Assembly: GCA_016186625.1 (NCBI GenBank)
Contig: JACPLG010000008.1
Location: forward strand, 147,142 to 211,141
DNA: 64,000 nt
Source: Candidatus Levyibacteriota bacterium
GTDB lineage: Bacteria; Patescibacteriota; Microgenomatia; Levybacterales; UBA12049
Reading direction: 5' to 3'
The notes below the pieces were generated by a model. It was not told the DNA's origin. It saw only the letters and a list, made by a program, of their open reading frames with translations, and made no database searches. Shown piece after piece: positions 57,049 to 64,000 of the stretch. A program made the position numbers and the translations under genes. Within the stretch, counting starts at the first letter, position 1. The number at the start of each line of letters is the position of its first letter.

Positions 57049-58584
57049 TTAATTTCTATTTTTAAATACCGATTCGATGAATCCCAGAAAAATAGGATGT
57101 GGATTTAGAGGTCGGCTTTTGTATTCGGGATGGCCTTGGGTACCTAGATAAAATGGGTGTTTACTTTCCGATAATTCAATTATTTCAGCCAACCCTTCTT
57201 CTACAGACTTGGCTGCAACAATAAACCCGGATTTTTCAAACTTCTCCGCGTAATCATTATTAAACTCATATCTATGCCTATGGCGTTCAGAAGTCAGGCA
57301 TTTTGATTTGTCAATAAAATCATTGTATCTATCATAAAGCTTAAAAGCTCTCGTCCCCTTTTTAACCGTTGCTTCCCAGCGTCCAAGCCTCATCGTCCCT
57401 CCATAAGCGCGTCTTTGCATAAATTCTTTTTGCTTGGGCATAAGATGGATTACTAAATTCTTTCCACTGGGATCATTTTCCTCGGTATTCGCATCTTTCA
57501 ACTCCAAAACATCCCGAGCATAGGATATTACTGCCAGCTGCATTCCATAACATAGCCCAAGATATGGAATTTTTTTCTGCCTGGCATACCCTGCAGTCTT
57601 AATCATCCCCTCAGCTCCCCTCGATCCCCATCCTATTGGGACAATTATGCCGTCTGGTTTTCCGATTAGTTTTTCTAAATCAGGATTTTCTTCTGCTTTT
57701 TCCGCGTTAATCCAGTGTGTTTTAACATGGACTCCAAGCTCATATGAGGCGTGATCAATTGCGTCAAAAAGAGCAGCGTAGCTATCTCTTAACTGATAAT
57801 CACCTGTCCCAAAATACTTACCTACAATGGCAATTTCAACAAATTCATTTTGATTTTGAACTTTTTTAACCTTGCCAACAAATCTTTGCCATTTTGACAA
57901 ATTTGAATCTTTAACTTTTAAATTTAATTTTCTTAAAATTTTTTTCCCTAGACTTTGTTTGTCTAAGATTAATGGAACCTCATAAACAGATGGAAGGTCT
58001 GGACTAGAGATCACATTTTCGGAAGGAACATTACAAAAAAGAGCTAAGCGGTCTCGTCTTCTTTGGTCAAGATATTTTTCTGAGCGGCAAATTATAAAAT
58101 CTGGCTGTATTCCCAAAGAATTTAACGTCCTGACAGATAGTTGCGTTGGTTTGGTTTTGGGTTCCCCAAGGTGTTTTGGTGTTGGGACGTAGCTGACGTG
58201 AACGTGAATCACGTCACCTGGGTTTTTCAACGTCATTATACGTGAGGCCTCGTAGTAAAAAACGTTTTGATACTCCCCGGCAGTTCCGCCGATGAAGTTA
58301 TCCTTTCCCATGTCTTCACCCAGAAATTTTTCATATGTCCCTATATCCATATCAGCCTCAGTCCCATCTTCGCAAAGGAAAGTATCACCATGCTCAATTG
58401 GATTAATTGTTCCTGCGTCAAGATTTAAGTAGTTTTCAAATTTTATTGGAGCGATCTTGTATCCTGCAGCTTTTAGAAGGAGTGATATTGAAGCTGATGT
58501 AATGCCTTTCCCGATACCTGAAATGACTCCCCCGGAGACAAATATATACTTTGTTCGCCTTAAGTTCCTATTACTATCGGGCAC
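57049..58584 (-). CDS. pyrG: CTP synthase with an apparent in-frame internal deletion (possibly non-functional or misassembled)
   Basis: TKYIFVSGGVISGIGKG, KTKPTQ, GLCYGMQ, RHRHRYE, HPE; junction DNF-IGGT lacks a normally conserved block; GTG start inferred. Confidence 0.85.
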   Translation of the reverse strand: MPDSNRNLRRTKYIFVSGGVISGIGKGITSASISLLLKAAGYKIAPIKFENYLNLDAGTINPIEHGDTFLCEDGTEADMDIGTYEKFLGEDMGKDNFIGGTAGEYQNVFYYEASRIMTLKNPGDVIHVHVSYVPTPKHLGEPKTKPTQLSVRTLNSLGIQPDFIICRSEKYLDQRRRDRLALFCNVPSENVISSPDLPSVYEVPLILDKQSLGKKILRKLNLKVKDSNLSKWQRFVGKVKKVQNQNEFVEIAIVGKYFGTGDYQLRDSYAALFDAIDHASYELGVHVKTHWINAEKAEENPDLEKLIGKPDGIIVPIGWGSRGAEGMIKTAGYARQKKIPYLGLCYGMQLAVISYARDVLELKDANTEENDPSGKNLVIHLMPKQKEFMQRRAYGGTMRLGRWEATVKKGTRAFKLYDRYNDFIDKSKCLTSERHRHRYEFNNDYAEKFEKSGFIVAAKSVEEGLAEIIELSESKHPFYLGTQGHPEYKSRPLNPHPIFLGFIESVFKNRN

Positions 58585-58742
58585 GATTAATAATACCACA
58601 ATTTGATATACTTGACAACATCTTAATAAAGGAGTAAAAATAAACTGCAAGGAGGCAGGATCATGATGACTTTAAAGAACTGGGCTGGGACCCAGTTTTT
58701 TGTTGGAGGAAAGCTTCTTTAATTGATATAATTTCGGTTACT

Positions 58743-58813
58743 GCGGGATTGGTTCAGTGGTAGAACGTTTCCTTCCCAAGGAAGAAATGCGAGTTCGATT
58801 CTCGTATCCCGCT
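58743..58813 (+). tRNA. tRNA-Gly(CCC)
   Basis: gcgggat acceptor, tttcc-ttCCCaa-ggaag anticodon arm, gttcgattc T-loop, U discriminator. Confidence 0.93.
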
Positions 58814-58816
58814 CAA

Positions 58817-59227
58817 CTATTTTGCGTTGGGGATTATGAGCTGTGTTCCCGGAGGAACATAATCAGGATTTTCAAGTTTGTTTGCCTCAACAATTTCAAC
58901 ATACCTGTATCCGTCACCATAGAATCTGACTGCTACGTCCCAGATAGACTCACCTTCTTTTAAAATATACGTTCTTTGGGATATGGGAGTTGTTGACTGC
59001 GGAATGTTAGTTGTGTCAAGATCTGACGGAGCTTGTATACGAGTTTCTCTTATCAGTAGAAAAAAGACCACAACAAGTCCAATAACAACTACAGCTCCCA
59101 GAATAAGACTTACATAAGACTCACTTAAGCGGATTTTTGAAGATATATCCTGATAAAGGTTTCCTTTTGTATCTTCTAACTGTCCCGTTTCAACCGGAGT
59201 TATTTTCTTTGTTCTCTTCTTTGCCAT
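58817..59227 (-). CDS. Membrane-anchored LysM domain protein
   Basis: TM helix, YILKEGESIWDVAVRFYGDG...ANKLENPDYVPPGTQLIIP. Confidence 0.92.
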   Translation of the reverse strand: MAKKRTKKITPVETGQLEDTKGNLYQDISSKIRLSESYVSLILGAVVVIGLVVVFFLLIRETRIQAPSDLDTTNIPQSTTPISQRTYILKEGESIWDVAVRFYGDGYRYVEIVEANKLENPDYVPPGTQLIIPNAK

Positions 59228-59350
59228 TTCCGTGACAGTTTGACTATATTACAACAACTAAATTAAAAAATGCAAGCCCTAATTTGAAGCAAAAATATTT
59301 GACCGTGTATCCACTCTTCTGTTAAAATACGACTGCGGCAATTCAAATTT

Positions 59351-59424
59351 GGGTTCGTAGTGAAGAGGCCTATCACGCCTCCCTGTCACGGAGGAGATCG
59401 CCGGTTCGAATCCGGTCGGACCCG
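59351..59424 (+). tRNA. tRNA-Asp(GTC)
   Basis: gggttcg acceptor, cctcc-ctGTCac-ggagg anticodon arm, ggttcgaatcc. Confidence 0.95.
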
Positions 59425-59452
59425 CAAAGATAATTTAGAGTAATAATTTAAC

Positions 59453-61213
59453 GTGACAAACAAAGAGATTGCAAAGCTTTTTCGCGCTGTTGCTGCTTCT
59501 TATTCCATAAAAAACGAGAAGAAATTTCGTTTCCAAATTATCGCCTACCAAAAAGCAGCAGACGCTGTTGATGGACTAACTACTCAACTTGAAGATCTTT
59601 ATAAAGAGGGCGAACTTGAAGAAATCCCAGGAATCGGAGCAACGATTAAAGGAAGACTTGAAGAACTCTTTAAAAAAGGGAAAGTTAAACACTTTGAAGA
59701 TGTTATGAAAGGTATTCCTCCGTCTGTTTTTGTTTTAATGGAGATACCTTCAATTGGACCAAAGAAAGCATTTAGAATTTCCTCCCACTTCCATATTAAA
59801 AATCCGCAGACTTGCATAAATGAGGTTGAAAAATTAGCAAAAAGTGGAAAAATTGCAAAACTTGAAGGATTCGGAGAAAAGTCCGAAGCCGATATTCTCC
59901 GAGCGATTTCGGAGTTTAAAGAAGGGAAAGGAAAAACTACAAGAATACTCCTTTCTTATGCGGGTGAGGTTGCTGATCAAATTTTAGATTATCTTAAGAA
60001 ATTTGAATACGTTAAAGATGCAGCGCCTTTGGGAAGCTTAAGAAGGATGAAGCCACTTGTAGGAGACATAGATATTGCCGCAACAACAACAAAACCAAAG
60101 CAACTGATTGAACATTTTATAAAATACAAAAGAGTTGATCGTATAATAGAAAAAGGGCCAACTACTGCTTCAATTTTAACAACAGCCGGGAACCAGATAG
60201 ATCTTATGGTTTTATCCCCTAAAAAGTGGGGTTCCCTTCTTCAACATTTTACAGGAAGCAAAGATCATAATGTTGCTTTAAGAGAATATGCCTTGAAGAA
60301 AAGTTTATCGCTCTCAGAAAAAGGAATAAAAAATTTAAAAACAGGAAAAATGAATGAGTTTTCCAAAGAAGAGGAATTTTATAAAAGTCTTGGACTCTCC
60401 TGGATCCCTCCTGAGATGAGAGAAAACACAGGTGAAATAGAACTTGCGTTAAAAAACAAACTACCAAAGATTGTTGAACTAGGAAACATAAAAGGAGACT
60501 TTCATATTCACACAAGTTTTCCTGTTGAACCAAGCCATGATCTTGGAAAAAATTCAATTTCCGAAATGCTTCAAAAAGCCAAGGAATTAGGATACGAGTA
60601 TCTTGGTTTTTCAGAGCACAATCCATCCCAAAGCAAACACACAAAGCAAGAGATAATTGACCTTATTTTAAAAAGAAACGAAGAAGTTGAGAGGCAAAAC
60701 AATCTACACGGAGTAAAAACATTTAAGCTTATGGAAACAGACATTCTCCCTAACGGAGAGCTAGCGCTGCCTGAAGAAGCTTTGGAAAAACTGGACGCAA
60801 CAATTGTTTCGATCCATTCTGTTTTTAAGATGGGCAGAACCGAGATGACCAAACGGGTTCTTACCGGACTCTCCCACCCAAAAGCAAAAATATTAGCTCA
60901 TCCTACAGGAAGACTTTTAAATGAAAGATACGGCTATGATCTGAATTTTGATGAAATTTTTGAATTCTGTAAAAAAAATAATAAAGCTCTGGAAATAAAT
61001 GCTTATCCAAACCGTCTTGATCTCTACGATGAGTTGATACGAAAAGCAGTTGATGGGAAAGTTTTGCTTTCTATAGACACGGACAGTCACGCGGTCTACC
61101 AAATGGAACTTATGAGATACGGAGTCGCACAGGCTCGCCGTGGCTGGGCAACAAAATCTGATATAATAAATGCACTTTCATACGATGAGGTTAAAAAATG
61201 GTTCAGTTTGTAA
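59453..61213 (+). CDS. polX: DNA polymerase X with PHP domain
   Basis: GSLRR, GDIDI, HFTGSKDHN, GDFHIH, AHPTGR, DTDSH. Confidence 0.95.
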   Translation: MTNKEIAKLFRAVAASYSIKNEKKFRFQIIAYQKAADAVDGLTTQLEDLYKEGELEEIPGIGATIKGRLEELFKKGKVKHFEDVMKGIPPSVFVLMEIPSIGPKKAFRISSHFHIKNPQTCINEVEKLAKSGKIAKLEGFGEKSEADILRAISEFKEGKGKTTRILLSYAGEVADQILDYLKKFEYVKDAAPLGSLRRMKPLVGDIDIAATTTKPKQLIEHFIKYKRVDRIIEKGPTTASILTTAGNQIDLMVLSPKKWGSLLQHFTGSKDHNVALREYALKKSLSLSEKGIKNLKTGKMNEFSKEEEFYKSLGLSWIPPEMRENTGEIELALKNKLPKIVELGNIKGDFHIHTSFPVEPSHDLGKNSISEMLQKAKELGYEYLGFSEHNPSQSKHTKQEIIDLILKRNEEVERQNNLHGVKTFKLMETDILPNGELALPEEALEKLDATIVSIHSVFKMGRTEMTKRVLTGLSHPKAKILAHPTGRLLNERYGYDLNFDEIFEFCKKNNKALEINAYPNRLDLYDELIRKAVDGKVLLSIDTDSHAVYQMELMRYGVAQARRGWATKSDIINALSYDEVKKWFSL

Positions 61214-61324
61214 GGCCTCCGGCCCGGTAGCCAACTTAGAGAAGTCTCTGACTCACAGAGTTGGGATTTCTGCAAACCGAAAGGTTCTCGGAACCGTAGG
61301 TCTGGTCATGAGGGAGGTGATTTT

Positions 61325-61876
61325 ATGAATTCTACAATAATTATTGCGGCTATTGTGGGAGCTTTGGTTCTTTTTGCTCTTTACTTATACAATACTTTAA
61401 TTTCGGCAAGGCTACGAGTTAGTGAGGCATTTTCCCAGATTGACGTCCAGCTTAAAAGAAGAACAGACCTAATTCCTAATTTAATAGAAACAGTCAAGGG
61501 ATATGCAAAACATGAAAAGAGTACTTTTGAAAAAGTAACAGAACTAAGAACCAGCTTAATGCAGGCAAAAACACCTGAAAAAAAATCTGAGGTAAATAAT
61601 ATGCTAACTGATGCGCTCAAGTCAATTTTTGCTGTAGCGGAAGGATATCCACAGCTTCGCGCCAGTGAGAATTTTAAGGAGTTACAAGAGGAGCTGGAGG
61701 ATACAGAGAATAAAATTGCTTACTCAAGACAGTTTTATAACAGCAATGTTTTGGATTACAATACCAAACTTCAAATTTTTCCAAATGTAATCTTTGCCAG
61801 GATTTTAAATTTCAAGCCCGCCCAGTTCTTCGGAACGGCTGAGGAGGAAAGAAAACCTGTTAAAGTTACATTTTAA
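61325..61876 (+). CDS. lemA: LemA family protein
   Basis: [28 protein letters not shown]; RBS GGAGGTGA. Confidence 0.96.
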   Translation: MNSTIIIAAIVGALVLFALYLYNTLISARLRVSEAFSQIDVQLKRRTDLIPNLIETVKGYAKHEKSTFEKVTELRTSLMQAKTPEKKSEVNNMLTDALKSIFAVAEGYPQLRASENFKELQEELEDTENKIAYSRQFYNSNVLDYNTKLQIFPNVIFARILNFKPAQFFGTAEEERKPVKVTF

Positions 61877-61948
61877 TGTCATCCTGAGGGATGGTGAGCA
61901 TAGTCTAACCATAGTCGAAGGATTCTTCGGAATGTCCTCAGAATGACA
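61877..61948. repeat. TGTCATCCTGA...TCAGAATGACA palindrome with nested insert
   Basis: tgtcatcctgag-gg[atggtgagcatagtctaaccat]a-gtcgaagga...ctcagaatgaca. Confidence 0.75.
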
Positions 61949-61957
61949 AAATGACCT

Positions 61958-62845
61958 ATGAATATTTACAGCGCAATCTCTTCCAACAAATGGAAGACTT
62001 GGATAATAATGGTGCTTTTCGTAGTGTTTGTCACAACTCTGGTATATGTTATGAGTAAAGCCCTTGGGCTAAGCGCATTTGGAACGGCCGGTATTGCGCT
62101 AATCTTTGCGGGCCTTATGAGCATTGGAAGTTATTATTATTCTGATAAACTTGTACTTGCAACAACAGGCGCACGCCCCGCAACAAAGAAGGAGTTTCCG
62201 GATTATTATAGAACTGTCGAAAACCTCTCTATTGGAGCAGGACTTCCTATGCCTAAAATATATGTCATCAATGATCCTTCTCCAAATGCTTTTGCAACAG
62301 GCCGTGATCCAAAACACGCTGTAGTTGCTGCTACTACAGGGCTTTTAGGCATGATGAAAGAATCAGAGCTCGAAGGTGTAATTGCCCATGAACTTTCCCA
62401 TATTAAAAATTATGATATAAGACTTATGGGGATTTTGGCTATACTTGTTGGATTTGTAGTGATTCTTTCTGATCTTTTTATAAGAGCCACTTTCTTCTCA
62501 AGATCCGACAGAAATCAAGGAGGTGCTATTTTTTTAATAATAGCAATTGTCCTTGCAATCCTCTCCCCTATTGCCGCAATGCTTATTCAAACAGCGGTAT
62601 CCAGAAAAAGAGAATTTTTGGCAGATGCATCAGGAGTTCTATTAACACGTTATCCTGAAGGTCTTGCGTCCGCCCTTGAGAAGCTCAGGAACGATCATAC
62701 CCCCCCAAAAACAGCAAGCAATGCTACAGCGCATTTATTTATAGAGAACCCATTTGAGCATAAAAAAGTAAAAAACTTTTTTACAGGGCTTTTTAATACT
62801 CACCCACCACTTGATGAAAGGATCAAAATCCTCCGAAACATGTAG
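61958..62845 (+). CDS. htpX: Zn metalloprotease HtpX (M48)
   Basis: PNAFATG, AHELSH, SRKREFLAD, THPP. Confidence 0.95.
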   Translation: MNIYSAISSNKWKTWIIMVLFVVFVTTLVYVMSKALGLSAFGTAGIALIFAGLMSIGSYYYSDKLVLATTGARPATKKEFPDYYRTVENLSIGAGLPMPKIYVINDPSPNAFATGRDPKHAVVAATTGLLGMMKESELEGVIAHELSHIKNYDIRLMGILAILVGFVVILSDLFIRATFFSRSDRNQGGAIFLIIAIVLAILSPIAAMLIQTAVSRKREFLADASGVLLTRYPEGLASALEKLRNDHTPPKTASNATAHLFIENPFEHKKVKNFFTGLFNTHPPLDERIKILRNM

Positions 62846-62880
62846 TTTCAATTTTGGAATTTTAATTTTCATTGAAAATT

Positions 62881-64000
62881 ATGATTAATGTAATTTCAAT
62901 AATCCTCGGCAAAGCAATTATTTTTCTATCAAATACTCTTAATCTGGGTTCAGGCTCTACCTGGCCGGGACATATTGCGCTGAGTATCAATCCGAATTTT
63001 ATAAAAGATATTCTACGTTCCCACATGGAAAGTGGGAAGCTAAAAGTTATAATTATTGCAGGGACTAACGGTAAGACAACAACAGGCAGACTTGTTACTT
63101 CAATTATTAGGGAAAACGGAAAAACTTATCTTCAAAATAAAGCCGGTGCCAACCTTATAAATGGCCTTGCCTCTGCAATAATAAAAGGTGCATCAATCTT
63201 TAGCCTTGCAAGGAGAGACCCTGGAAGGCTAAATCAGGACTATTTAATTTTTGAATCGGATGAAAATGCACTTCCTGAAGTATTACAACAAACAAATCCC
63301 GATTATGTTATTGTTCTAAACCTCTTCCGTGATCAACTGGATAGATACGGTGAAGTAAACACTATTGCCAAAAAATGGCAAAAAGCTTTTGAAAAACTAG
63401 ATAATAAAACAGTTTTGATTTTAAATACAGATGATCCTCAGGTTTCATTTCTCTCAAAAAAAACAAATGCAAAAGTACTGTTTTTTGGACTTGACAAAAC
63501 AAATGGTGAAAATAAGTTAAAACACGGAGCAGATAGTATTTATTGCCCTAAGTGTTTCCATATGTTGGATTTCACAGAAGTTCACTTTTCGCATCTTGGA
63601 TCGTGGTCATGTACAAATTGCAATCTCAAAAGGCCCAAACCTGACCTGTCAAATCTTTCATACTACCCTCTTCCCGGAACATACAATAAATATAATAGTC
63701 TCGCAGCAGCACTTTTTGCCAAAGCGGAAAAAATTTCTTCTAAAAAAGTAAAAAAAGCTTTTAAGTCTTTTACTCCTGCTTTTGGAAGACAGGAGAAAAT
63801 AAAATATAAAGGAAGATATGTTCAATTATTTTTATCTAAGAATCCGACAAGCTTTAATGAGTCTCTTTCAACCGTAAAGGAGCTTGGAGGTAAAAATTTT
63901 CTGCTTGTACTAAATGACAGAATTCCTGACGGACTGGATGTCTCATGGATTTGGGATATAAATTTCGAAGAAATCTTAGATAAAAATTTTAATATAACTG
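62881..64000 (+). CDS. murT: MurT-like Mur ligase (lipid II isoglutaminyl synthase subunit), 3'-truncated by window edge
   Basis: Manual translation MINVISIILGK...GSTWPG...AGTNGKTTT...NLFRDQLDRYGE...CPKC...CTNC...FGRQE...KNPTSFN. Confidence 0.85.
   Translation, partial: MINVISIILGKAIIFLSNTLNLGSGSTWPGHIALSINPNFIKDILRSHMESGKLKVIIIAGTNGKTTTGRLVTSIIRENGKTYLQNKAGANLINGLASAIIKGASIFSLARRDPGRLNQDYLIFESDENALPEVLQQTNPDYVIVLNLFRDQLDRYGEVNTIAKKWQKAFEKLDNKTVLILNTDDPQVSFLSKKTNAKVLFFGLDKTNGENKLKHGADSIYCPKCFHMLDFTEVHFSHLGSWSCTNCNLKRPKPDLSNLSYYPLPGTYNKYNSLAAALFAKAEKISSKKVKKAFKSFTPAFGRQEKIKYKGRYVQLFLSKNPTSFNESLSTVKELGGKNFLLVLNDRIPDGLDVSWIWDINFEEILDKNFNIT

Noticed and set aside
58630-58675. Fluoride-riboswitch-like words (TAAACTGC...TGATGAC)
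   Set aside because: The 5' GGNGAUGR...CC helix and pseudoknot partner are missing, and no fluoride-related gene follows.

Overview
AT-rich bacterial chromosome segment read in the standard code. The gene content (short HolA, PolX-PHP, DUF763, YkuK, mostly leaderless genes) suggests Patescibacteria/CPR, Microgenomates-like; this is an inference. Housekeeping genes include secG, uvrA/B/C, lexA, holA, a PMM/PGM-PGI/PMI-ppsA-eno cluster, rsmI, rplS, pyrG (with an in-frame internal deletion), polX, lemA-htpX, murT and four tRNAs. The most striking region is 9.0-19.0 kb, where two convergent operons encode secreted fibre-like proteins. The first is a SipW/TasA-type operon whose signal peptidase is fused to its own substrate. 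The second has three paralogous Asn-rich proteins built from ~90-aa repeats (one free, one TM-anchored, one LPxTG-anchored) plus a sortase. Both operons carry the same 17-nt leader motif (CTGACCGCAAACGGAGG) coupled to an intrinsic terminator, next to a small YezD/DUF2292 gene: a candidate protein-dependent antitermination regulon for a surface-fibre system. Also present: a complete IS1595-family element with 8-bp TSD carrying an SDH-type protease, several families of short palindromic repeats (some nested, some in frame within genes), and a candidate ~80-nt small RNA. All calls are by eye; no searches were run.
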